DNA of 64,000 bases from Lepidodermella squamata (taxonomy: Eukaryota > Animalia > Gastrotricha): the NCBI GenBank assembly GCA_047495785.1, contig JBLDXI010000032.1:186001-250000 (forward strand), written 5' to 3'. Each line of letters begins with the position of its first letter. Within the stretch, counting starts at the first letter, position 1. The translations under genes were made by a program, and so were the position numbers. This document shows, one piece after another, positions 11,007 to 23,668 of the stretch. The notes beneath the pieces are model-generated. The model made no database searches and was not told the DNA's origin. It worked only from the letters and a program-made list of their open reading frames with translations.

Positions 11007-14000
11007 CTAAACACCTTGGTAGCATTGGTTAGGATCCGAGTACGGCGGCGACTGGCCATCGGAGACCTGAAAAAGAGAAATGTTCAAGTCTTAGACATCA
11101 CCGCGGCAAAAACAACCTCGGATGGCGCGCGGCAGCCGAAATCGGCACGTCGACAATCGGCAAACGGCTTGTTCGTAGCATTTCGATAACAGCGAACGTA
11201 TTTCTGCAAGTAAGAAAGTCTAACATTGAGGCATTTGCGAAATTTAGAACGAGACGTACCCAATTGAGATCAGCTCGATGGTTGCAGGCGAGGAGATTGC
11301 GACCGAAATACGCGAAAGTATTAAACAGCGGCGACTAAGAAATTGTTGCTAAAAGAGATAAATTTGATTTTAAGATCAAAATTCCTTACAATTTTTGTCT
11401 CATTTGCAAGGCAGCCTTGGTCGCCAGCAATGCATCGGAAAGTTGAACCGCTGACGCATTTTCTTACGTTCTGAAACATGCAATTTTGATAGAATTTACT
11501 TGGAATTTACAAGCAATTAGAAAATCAACTCACGCCTTTGTCGCAGGTGTCCGTATAACGAGGTTTCCATTCCTTGAACGCAGTTTCGCCTTCACGGCAG
11601 TACGGCCTACAGGCTACGAATTGCCCAGTTTTCGTATCGATGCATCGATAAGCCAATTTGGCTAACGAATAAATAAATTAATATCAGCAGATGGAAGTAG
11701 ATTTTGGTTTCAAACAACTATGGCCGAGAGAATAATTCCTATCATACTTCTTCAAAATGCAAAGTGCGAAGTATGACAATCTTGCGATGATCGAAAAATC
11801 CTTTTGGTCTCGTAATGTTTAAAGGGAAACCTTTTCTAGCGCAGTCATTCTTCCATTCTTGAAAACGGGGTAGTGACCCTTTTTAGGGCCACGAATGATT
11901 ATGAACAGGCCTTTGGGGTCACGAGAGTCACGAGAGTCAGGTAGAAAGCAATTTAGGACTATTTTCAGCCACAATAGTCAAAAATACCGATAATTTCGGT
12001 GGCCGCACCAAAGTTCTTTGGACCTTTTGTTGGACCTTTTACTTATTCACCCAATGCTTGATATTTGAAAAGCGGTTGGTGACTTAACTGGAAATAACAA
12101 TGTGGGTCGCGTAAAACGAATAATTTAAGTTTGGCGACATTTACGGAATAACTCTAGATTTGACGGTAACTTCGACCTATGGTTAAATGAGACTTATGCC
12201 AAAATGCAAGCGCGGTGAATTCCAGCGAAAAAAATCGTGTTTTTGACTTACTGCAGCTTCTGACTTTGTCATCGCCTTCGCATAGGGAAAACAGGCCATA
12301 AGAATTCACGCAATGCAAATTATTAAAGCTCGAAGCTCTACACTCATTTCCAGCCGCATTGAAATCGCCTCTCGGCACCCAAACGTAACTAAGTCCAACC
12401 ATTTTAGTGCTATTGGTGCTATTCCAGAGCGAGCAAGTTTCACCCTCTACGGTTTTCGAAAGAGAGCCTTCGTAGTCGTACAAGTTCTTCGTGATTGCGC
12501 ATTCCCGGCTCAATTCGGTCGCTTTCACGCCTGGACAAGTTGCGTAAACTGTGACTGTGGCGCTCTCGCCTGGCTTAGGAAGGTTGAAGTACACCAAGGC
12601 TTGATTCTTGTTTGTAACGAAAGCGCGTCCGAAAAAGGGACTGGACTTGCAGAACCTAATTTTTGCAATGCCAAAAGTGAAAGCACAATACTTTGTCGCA
12701 GCCAACCTTACCTGAATCCAGGATAACCCTCGGCTCCTAGATCTCTGATGAGAATAAAGTTCAGACAATCCAACTGATCTGGAGAATATTATGTGTGGAA
12801 ATGTTGCTTTCAGTAAATCTGGTATAATAACTGACTGTACTTTTCCAATACTGGCCAGTCAGGGAAACCAAACACCAGTCCGCTCGTATTACCCTAGCGG
12901 CAAAGAATAATAGCAAGTTTGACAGCAAGTGAAATATTTCTACCGTTTTAACAATCCATGAACAACTCGAATTTTGATTGCTAGGGCTGGAAATGTCAAG
13001 TTTTGTACAAGGCGGAACGTAGATTTCGCCGGAACAGATGTTTGCCGGATCCGTCGGGATTGGAATGTCGCAAGAATCACCGCCAAGGCCAGGCGGGCAC
13101 AAGCATTTTGAGCAGTTGACGCCAGGATTAGGATAGCCTCCATTTTTGCATGTGATTGTCGGGTTTTTGCACGGAGCTGAGTCTGTCAAAACATACGGAG
13201 GAGAGCATTTTACGTATAATAAAAGAATAGGCTCGATTTAATATGAAAAATACTTCATACTTCACACTTCTCCCAATAAGTTGAGAGTTAATTTGCTCAC
13301 CAAAGCACTTGTATAGCGTGTTCAGCTTAATCGTGTCGAACAATGACAGCCAGGCAGACTGACCAAGAGCAGACAAATAGCGCTGATCAATCGGGTACCT
13401 GTCTGGAAGCCCTAACCAATTTCTAGGTACAATCAAAGCCGGGTTAAACAGTGACTCATAGTCGAAGGGCGTTGCGTTGTAGTAAGTTTGCGCCGGGTTG
13501 ATGGGGAAACTGTTAGCACAGAAAATTCATCGTTTTGTTGATAATTTGAGAATTTAAACCTGCTCCCGCGACCAGGGTAAGCAACGACATATTGATCCCG
13601 ATCTGGCCGTCTCAGCTCATATGTTAGTCCTAGGGCGTAGCCGATCCTTCTAATCGCGCTAGGCACCTGATAAAACAACGATTTTGCTCAAATTATACGA
13701 CGGTTAAGAGGAAGACTGAAACTTGCCGCGTAAAAGAATTTCTTGTCGCCAGCGTTGCTTTTAATTGCAACAACCCTCAAAGGATAAGAAGTTGAATGAA
13801 AGCCACTTGTGTCTCTAAACGTGGAATACAAATGACACAAGTAAGAATTGCAGCTTGGAAACCAAACTCACCCAAGCCCTCCTACAAAGAGGATCGAGTT
13901 TGGCTCATTCAAACCGATGGACGATCTTTCGACAAAGCGCAAACAAGTAACCGATTCGATATACGCTATGGCCTGCTTGTAGACCTGTCTGTCAAGCGGA

Positions 14001-14311
14001 GCTAATAAAACATGTTAATGTCATCGTTAATGGTAAAAAAAATTAAACTTACAGACATCTATAAAGCCGGGCTTGTTAAAATACCAGGTGCCATTGTTGA
14101 ATGTGTAAGGGATAGGCAAGGGCCACGGTGTTGCAGGTGGCTGACCCGGTGAGAAGCCATCAAAAGTATTCTCGTACATTGTCATGTTTATCGATGGTAC
14201 ATTCGGGTCCGCATTTTGGAATAAGAAAATGGTTGTAGTCTCTTGCCCCAGCACAGCCCACAGCACGCAAGACAGACTGAACACGTAAACAAGCGCAAAA
14301 TATGGCGACAT
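11007..14311 (-). CDS. Astacin-like pseudo-metalloprotease with EGF, CUB, kringle and Cys-rich C-terminal modules, copy B (complete, multi-exon)
   Basis: Signal-like MSPYFALVYVFSLSCVLWAVLG; VPSAIRRIGYALGLTYELRRPDRDQYV; LGQSAWLSLFDTIKLNTLYKC; EGF CKNGGYPNPGVNCSKCLCPPGLGGDSC; CUB (CSWIVK..CLNFILIRD..RFC); kringle-like YEGSLSKTVEGETCSLW..GNECR. Small Cys-rich exons follow, down to ..NQCYQGV* at 11007. Confidence 0.8.
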
Positions 14312-14462
14312 CGAATTCTTATAAATCAGTTAAATAAATCTAAGCCGGTAGGATAAATTTGTAAAATGTTTCAGATTATTATTGAGATTTTCCGTCTCAA
14401 AACCATCAAAAATGTGATGATATTGCAAAGGGCGCGCGACCTTCCTGGCACGAGCATCCCAG

Positions 14463-15394
14463 CAAGGGAAGGAGACAATGGTTTTTAATCTGTGTCCAAG
14501 CACACAGAAGCGAGAAAAAGACATCGAAAAGTGTGTTTTACGAAAGTGCAAAAAATTGAAATTGAAAAAATCGCCCTGCATCTTTCCATGCAAAAGTATC
14601 GTAGGGGATAACTCATCACATAGGCCTCCGATTTTCGATCTGAAAATATATTCTTACTCGTCACAACGAGTAGACCACGATAGGCTATTTCTTTTTGAAA
14701 ATTACCCTAAAACTATATTTTTTTAAATATTTTTGGCTACGGAAAACATTCGTTTTTCATTTAATTTTATGGCTAAATATAAAAAAGATCGCATGTTTGG
14801 ACCTCTCGCGACAGAACTCGGGTTCATTTCCAGTTATTAGCATGTGTTAGTTTTATTTTTAGTAGGCCCTCCGCCGGGCGGCGCTATAGGCACGAGTTAT
14901 TTGAATGAAAAACATTGGCTCGTCAGAAGAAGAAAAATTTGATATTAAATATAATAATTTTGAGGAATTTTGATTTTGGTGTCTATTGTTTCTAACCTCT
15001 GTAAAGAGCCTAAATTTGTTGGTTTCCCAATATGTAATGCGAAATAAGCTGCGAAATAAGTAACGCCGAGTGAAACGTGTTTTGCAAATTAATGAATCAT
15101 GCAAAAAAAGATAAACAACTCTGCTTATATTCGCGCTCTGCTTATTTTAAATTTCGCGCGAAAAAAACATGTGTCAAGGTCGAATTTTCAAAAAAATAGC
15201 CTATCGTTATGAGAAACACGAGTTTAGGTAAACTTGAAATTATCAAGTCGTGGAAATTCCTATTTCAATAGTTATCCCCTAATAATCGATCAAAAAAATC
15301 GATGAAATTTCGGCACACACTTTTGAGGACTTTTTTTAAAAAATTCTGAACGCCAGAAGGTGCAAAATTAATCCATTTTCGCCTCCTTCCCTTG
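14463..15394. mobile_element. Non-autonomous DNA transposon (P-like CAAGGG ends) absent from the paralogous locus
   Basis: TIRs CAAGGGAAGGAG / CTCCTTCCCTTG; flanks CATCCCAG / CATCCCAC. The empty site GAGCATCCCACGTGATTT is seen at ~4990. Confidence 0.8.
14602..15281. mobile_element. Nested TIR element (TAGGG ends, possibly hAT-like)
   Basis: Inverted TAGGGGATAACT (14602-14613) / AGTTATCCCCTA (15270-15281); no clean TSD. Confidence 0.45.
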
Positions 15395-15556
15395 CATCCC
15401 ACGTGATTTAATATTATATTCGAACCGGCTAAACTACGCCGCGATTCTTTCTCGCAAACCTGTTTTCAATTCAATCTTTTAGAAAATATTATATAGTAAA
15501 AAAATATTACTATACTATTACTATAATATTACTATTACATTCTCAAATCAGTCATT

Positions 15557-15617
15557 ATAAATATAGCTAGTCTGACGTTTACGTTTGGTCTCGGCCTAGA
15601 GACTCATCAGAGTTAAG
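15557..15617 (-). ncRNA. Degenerate minimal type I hammerhead ribozyme motif in a 61-bp insertion
   Basis: Minus strand reads CUGAUGA-GUCUC(UAGGCC)GAGAC-CAAA-CG(UAAA)CG-UC-AG. The core GAAA appears as CAAA and stem I is weak. Flanked by AAATCAGTCATT / AAATCGTCATT and absent from the paralogous site at ~5130. Confidence 0.55.
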
Positions 15618-16167
15618 AAATCGTCATTGAAATAGCAATAGTTTGACAAGTTCAAGACATGACCAATAACCCAAATCAGCTAAACACCGCTATAACAGTT
15701 GTGATGGTCAAGAGGTCCAAATGATGCTCGTGAAGGCGGCTGCTGCAAGTCGAAAAAGTGACAACAGTTATGGTAGAGAATTATGGTCAGTTTTGGAAGA
15801 CTCGGCCGACTGCTAGCAGGTTACACTCTCATTTTTAGGACGGGTTTGATGAGGCCTAAGGCGCCTTAGAGCCGCTCCAAGGCGCCTTTAAGGCGTCTTC
15901 AAGTCGCCTTGCATCATGATTCATCACTCTAAGGCGTCTTAGAGGGCTGTGATTCACAGCCTAGGCTGATTAATGACAAAAAACTCGGTCAGCCGGGGAC
16001 TTTGACAAAAAATCAAAAATTTTAAGGCGCCTTGCCAAGACGTCTTCGTCATGGACGCCTTACCCAGGCGTCTTCTTAAGATGACTTACCAAGGCGTCTT
16101 CTTAAGACGTCTTACGAAGTCGTCTTTTAAAGATGCCTTACCAAGTCGTCTTCTTAGGACGTCTTTT

Positions 16168-16576
16168 CGGTTGTGTGCGAAAAGAGCAATCGAAATAAGA
16201 GCAACGATATATGAGCAATGCTATAAGAGCAAAACGATATGAGAGCAACGAGATAAGAGCAGAACGACGAAAGAGCAATTATTAATGATAAATCAAGATA
16301 AAATAGTGGCACGCGATCAGATTTTTTTTCTTATAACAGACAAGTGATTAGCGGAGCGGTTTAACAGCAATTCGAGCTACTTAATGGGTCGAGAATCACT
16401 TGTCTGTTATAAGAAAAAAAAATCTGATCGCGTGCCACTATTTTATCTTGATTTATCATTAATAATTGCTCTTTCGTCGTTCTGCTCTTATCTCGTTGCT
16501 CTCATATCGTTTTGCTCTTATAACATTGCTCATATATCGTTGCTCTTATTTCGCTTGCTCTTTTCGCACACAACCG
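16168..16576. mobile_element. Young nested foldback MITE
   Basis: Near-perfect inverted arms of about 180 bp, starting CGGTTGTGTGCGAAAAGAGCAA and ending TTGCTCTTTTCGCACACAACCG; 6-bp direct repeat TCTTTT on both sides. Confidence 0.9.
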
Positions 16577-16666
16577 TCTTTTCAGGGACTTGACATTTTT
16601 TGCGAGTGCAACTGACCAAAAAAAAATCCAGATCAAGTAACAAAAAATCGCACAATGTTTTCAAGA

Positions 16667-16745
16667 GCAGTGGTGGCGTAGTGGTTAGAGAGGATGATGG
16701 GTTGTCTGAGAGGATGATTGTGCGTGGGTTCGAACCCAACAGCCT
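16667..16745 (+). other. tRNA-derived / Pol III type-2 promoter-like segment (SINE-head-like), not a functional tRNA
   Basis: A box TGGCGTAGTGG (16674-16684) and B box GGTTCGAACCC (16727-16737); no convincing acceptor or anticodon stems. Confidence 0.55.
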
Positions 16746-18006
16746 ATATAGATTTTTTTAATAGATTTTTTTAAAGCTCAATTCTGCCACAAAGACGTCT
16801 TGATAAAGGCGCCTCAGCAGGCTAAGACGTCTTAGTAAAGGCGCCTCGAAGACGCCTTCAAGGCGTCTTACGAAAATACAGGGCGCCTTAGGCTAAGGCG
16901 CCTTTATGCGGTTTTTTTGCATTACGCTAACCCGTCTTTTCTGTGAGAGTGTATGCTCGATAACCGCTCGTTCGACCAGGGTGACCGACGGGCCGCCCAT
17001 CGGCACGTCCTGGGACCGATGTCTAGGCAGTGGCAAAGCGTCTAACGGGGCTAAATCAGCCGGGCGAAGCAGTCGCTCCAGGTAAAGGGATTTTGGCAAG
17101 CTGTAAACAGCCATTCGATGAGTTCTATCGTCCTTAGCCAGCAAGGCTTTGAGGCCCGGCTGGGGCGAGGGCAGTGCTGTCGAGGTCATTTTACCTCACT
17201 GATATTACGAGAACTGATAGCTTATTTTTGTCCATCTATAGGCATTTTAACCAAAACATCAGCCGCTTTCAAAATATTAGACTCCGATTCGTAAATTCCA
17301 GCAATCACGTGGCAAGCCGCGGTAACAGTTCTTCGTATGACATCAGCTTGGATTTTTCGTGGAAAAATTCGCTGATCGGTCTAGCGATATCGGGCGGATA
17401 GCGGGGAAAACGCGCGACGACCTCGCCGATCATCTGCTTACAAGTGCTGCTGTGCGGAATCAAAGTATCGAGTCACTGAAATTGACCACATGTTTTTTTT
17501 GTAACAAAAGTCAACGCTCGCTCAGTAAGGTATCAGTTTTTTATTTCAGGACAAAAATAACCAAGGTTCGCGGTTCTTGCCGAACGGTTTCATATGATTT
17601 GAACCTATTGCATTTGTAGGACTACGATCGAACGTACAGAAATTTTATATACACAATAGCACCATTGAATCAGCAGTTTTCCACAGCGTTGCCCGAAGCC
17701 GGGCGCCACTTGTCGAAATGATTAGCACGTTATTGATTGTTCCGAGATATAAATGTGAACTGGAATAGAAAAGTGTATTGCAACCCTTCTATTCGAGTCC
17801 AGACTTTGTACACATGAATCTTTGGCAGTAGCGTGTTGTGTTAATCTTGAAATCATCATCGTACAACTTACAGTAATAACATTGAATCGATAAAACAATA
17901 AGTTTGAATATTGATTCTGAGTAGAGATTCAGTTTATAGGGGTTTTGAAACAGGTATGAAGCTGCGCATTGTTTCGACGGCGACTACTTAGGTAGACGCG
18001 CGGCGT

Positions 18007-19822
<1,816 letters not shown>

Positions 19823-20170
19823 TTATACAGCAAAGCGCAAAGGCGAGTTAATGCAGGAGAAACTGCTTGTTACTTTACAGCTGGAAAAAACGTACAATGA
19901 CCCGCAGCGGCTGCCTGCTCGGCTTTCGGCTTGAGATGTAGACAAATGATGATTATTCAAAACGAAGCAGCAGCAGCACGGCGATAGATACCTGTATGAT
20001 GTTACGTGGCGCGGCTACTATCCTTTGTTAAACACGCGGCGGATATACACAAAAGAACGAGCGAGCGCAGAAACGCGATGACTTTCGCTCTCTTTTTGCG
20101 CCGTTGTATATGCATGCTCCAGGTACCTGTACGCGAACTTCTTGTATAACAAAGCCGAAAGCTGCTCCGC

Positions 20171-20180
20171 CCTTATAAGG
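20171..20180. promoter_or_regulatory. CArG box (SRF site) upstream of actin
   Basis: CCTTATAAGG = CC(A/T)6GG. Confidence 0.65.
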
Positions 20181-20775
20181 CAATAAGAAACGGCTACTTA
20201 TATACACGCTGCCGGCTAGATATACACATCATCGCCATGTGCCGACGGGCACCATTTTTGCAGTAGGTAGGATGACGCACGGGCAAAAACAGGCGGCCCA
20301 AAAACTGCTGCCTGCCATTGTTGTTTAGGCAGGCAGGCAGCAGCAGCAATCATCTATTGGCCGCTTCAACGATGTAAGCCCGGTGATGTTGTTTCGCTAA
20401 AATCTACATAGCATACAATGCATCACTGCCAGCAGTCAGTCAGGCAGTCTGTTAGCTCCAGTGCGCGGTCAAAACAACGGCGCGCGGGCGATGATACTTG
20501 ATATTGTGCGTCGATGGGGCTGCTGATAGGCCTGCCTTTTCAGCAGCCATGTGTGTGTGCATGCCGACAGGGCTCTATAAACGGACTCCGAAGTGCGCAT
20601 TATTACGTTGTTCGCGCTCGCGGCGGGCCTGGCCGGTTAAAACCCGGAATTTCTCGGTACAGCCCGGTTTATACAACCGGTGTATAACATATAGTATGTG
20701 TGTACTGTGTACTCAATAATTAGCGGTATAGCGCGACAACGGTTACACACGTCGAGTGGTTTTTGAGGGAACGCG

Positions 20776-20785
20776 CCTTATATGG
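20776..20785. promoter_or_regulatory. Second CArG box upstream of actin
   Basis: CCTTATATGG = CC(A/T)6GG. Confidence 0.65.
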
Positions 20786-23668
20786 GCAAGTCGGTTCCGG
20801 GTAAACAGTGGCGCGTGTTTATGGTTTTCGCACAGAGGAACGGCCCGGCCCGGCAGCGTGGGCATCTCAGATTCGCCGCCTGTCATCGACGCCATTGTTA
20901 TGACCTATATTTAGATGCTCAGCCGCTTTTGCACCTGTATTTATTGTCTGCCCGCCCGATAGGAATAAACCTAATAATATGCGGCGATGACTCTGTAAAA
21001 AAACGTTGATGATAATGCGTTAATAGCCCGAAACGGCATTACGCGCCAGTGGTCATGACAGGTAGCTTCTGTACGTGCCGCGCGGTAATTAGGCCGCCCC
21101 TATGTGTTTTATTTCCAGAGTGCTCAAGTGCCGCGCCCGCTTTGCCGGTTGTTCAGAGTATGCATTATGTTATGATTAAGCAAGCTGTCGAACCGATTGT
21201 TTTTTACACCGGCCACGTGTTTTTTTCTGCTTTCACGTCGGTTCAATTTCGAGTTCGAAAAGCCGTTCCTAATTAATTCATAAACATCCATTGTAATTTG
21301 TCCTAATGAACCCATTATCTGTCAGTCAATATCAGCTGTTGGTATTTTCGATGATGAGGGCAAAATGGGAGGTAAAAAAATCTGAATCACTCAATAAGGC
21401 ATCAATCTTACCTGTCTGTATAAAAAAATGCGGATGTTCTCGAAACGATAGAATCTGAGGAAATAGCATAAGCGGAACAGCTTAAGTTTTGGACCTTCCT
21501 GATAGAAATTTTCTGCGATGAAATAATGTGACCGTCACCAAATGAAAATTTATATTTTTTGACGATTTTTCACGCTTTCCAGCTAATTCTTGTGTTGACT
21601 TGAAGAAGAAAAATTATTGGCTACCAATACGGTACCTATCTTGTGTAGATAGAGAAATTCCAAGCTTTAGAGGTCTGGGAAATCCAAGTGTAGCCAAAGA
21701 ATCGTACCGTTTCATGTTGACGTAGAGACGCTGGAATAATAATTTACCAATTTTTTAATTAGCTAGTTCGATTTCCAACTTCAGAATATTATGGATGCAC
21801 ACAATTGAATATTTTTAACCCATTTTCTTTCACCCTGATGGCTATGGGGGCTTTCACCCGTGGGGGCGGGTGACTGATTCTTTTGGTTTGCCTTGCCTTC
21901 GCCTTCCTCAAAACCCGAAAGGGTATAGACGCTCAGTCGCGGGGAAGTGAAACAATAAAATAATTTTCCTGATGGCTATTAGCCTCGATTCTTTACTCCT
22001 GATTTATTGACCTTGGATGTCGTAATCTCATAGCATCAGCAATGTTGCCAAAGTCCAGTTTTCACTTGACGTTCAAGTCGAGTTCTAATTGACGAAATTG
22101 GTCAAATCTAATATTAGAAGTTTGTTGAACAATTTATTGATATCGCTCTGTTCCTGTTCATTATTAAGGGAGATTGCGAACTTTCTCTGCGCGTTAGAAA
22201 TTCACGATATGAGCTCTTGCTTACATATTCTGACAATTGAGGGATCCTACAAGGTCTCAGCAGTAAAGTGATCTTTTCGGTCTTGGTTGCAAGAACATAA
22301 TTCGTGACAAGAAGGAATCTCCTCTCTGAATCCATCACGACTCAGCTATTTAACCAGTTATACATTTACATATTTGGTTATATTATGTTCCGCCCTGAGT
22401 CCGATGGTACCAAACGGAACGGATGAAGCAGCATCTGAAGGAGCTATACCTCAATGTTTTGACATTCCATTCTTTTCAGCTCGAAGTATTCAAAGAAGCT
22501 TGAAAAATACGTTGCTTCAGTCACTTAGCTACATCAATGCGTTAATGATAGCAACAAGGTTCTGGATCCAGCAGCTTGGTGGAGCTGATGTAGGTGTGAT
22601 AATATTTGACCGTTGACAAGTGGGATTTGGCGAAGTTTCTGAATTTTCCAGAAAATCTCAATAGATGTGTGTTTATTCGAAAAAGAACGGACCTGGTATT
22701 CTGCGTTGTCCTTATCCATTTTCCTTGCAGATTTCAAACATTTTTTTAATTACTGACCTACAGGATGCTCAAATCCTTGTTATAAGTCTGTAAACCCGGC
22801 GCCTCGCCGTCAAGTAATATCGTTTCAGGTCAACGTGGAGACCCAATGGGAATCGACCCTTCGTTTCCTGATTTTGACGGCGGCATTTCAAGATTCAATT
22901 TTTTTGCCAACAAACCTCTCTTTACCCTTGTAGACAGTAATTTTTGTTTCCAGAAGCATACTTATTGCGTCACTGGGTTAATCCACAACTCTCAAGCCCT
23001 ACGCGACTTTTCGAACTCAAAAAATAACTGTTGAGCTATTCTGCGAATGGTGTGCCAAATTATGCGGAAAGGCATGATTCATTTACCAATACAGCTTGAT
23101 TTTTTGTCAACCAATAGCCGCGATTCACGCCAACCTGATCAGTTTTCGTTCCACCGGACAAAAAAATACGAGATTGTTTCATTTTTCTATTATTTATTCC
23201 AATTACTGAGTTTTCAAATCAGGCAAAAATCGTCGATATTTCTTTGAAATATAGTAGCAAAAAACACGAAAGAAAAAAACACGCTTCAAGCATCAATTAC
23301 GTACGCGCAGGAGCCAAATATACTCGCAATATAAACACGCGCATACCTTAAAAATCCGCATTTTTGCAATTGATAAGTACATAAAATCTTACAACAATAC
23401 AAAGCAGTATATCGGCGGCGGAGATTTTTCACGGAAGAAATTGCAAATTTTTTGTTGTTTCGTAGTCAATTATATATTTATATATAGGCATCAAAATGAG
23501 CAAACTCAACAAAATTGGAAATATTTTTTTTCAGCCCCAACACATCGCCATACAAAAATACACACAAAGCAGATGAGCGCCGAAAAATTCAGAGAGCACG
23601 ATGATTATTTTTGTTTCAGAGATAAATAATAATTTTAAAAATTTACAGAAAAAAACGCGCAAATTTTA

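Larger units (their letters stand above)
15824..16951. mobile_element. Non-autonomous DNA transposon, CACTCTCA termini, TA target duplication, palindromic subterminal repeats (EnSpm/CACTA-like)
   Basis: GGTTA|CACTCTCA ... TGAGAGTG|TATGCTC. The empty site GCAGGTTATGCTCGATAAC is at ~5939. Many AAGGCGCCTT / AAGACGTCTT palindromes lie near both ends. Confidence 0.85.
15790..17480 (-). pseudogene. COPS4: COP9 signalosome subunit 4 pseudogene, copy B, interrupted by a transposon
   Basis: KLMSYEE, CHVIAGIYESESNILKAADVLVKMPIDGQK* and LLAKDDRTHRMAVYSLPKSLYLERLLR..LVERAVIEH|NLLAVGRVFQN* match CSN4. Contains stops and frameshifts, with an insertion at IEH|NLL. Confidence 0.8.

Noticed and set aside
16180-16565. 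CRISPR-like array of AAGAGCAA repeats
   Set aside because: Short, irregular units within inverted MITE arms; eukaryotic context and no cas genes.
16667-16745. Functional tRNA gene
   Set aside because: A and B boxes are present, but I could not fold a cloverleaf, and it lies inside a transposon.
21850-23050. Coding-like stretch between actin and PDZ-GEF
   Set aside because: All frames are broken and no motif is recognisable; possibly a decayed TE but unsupported.
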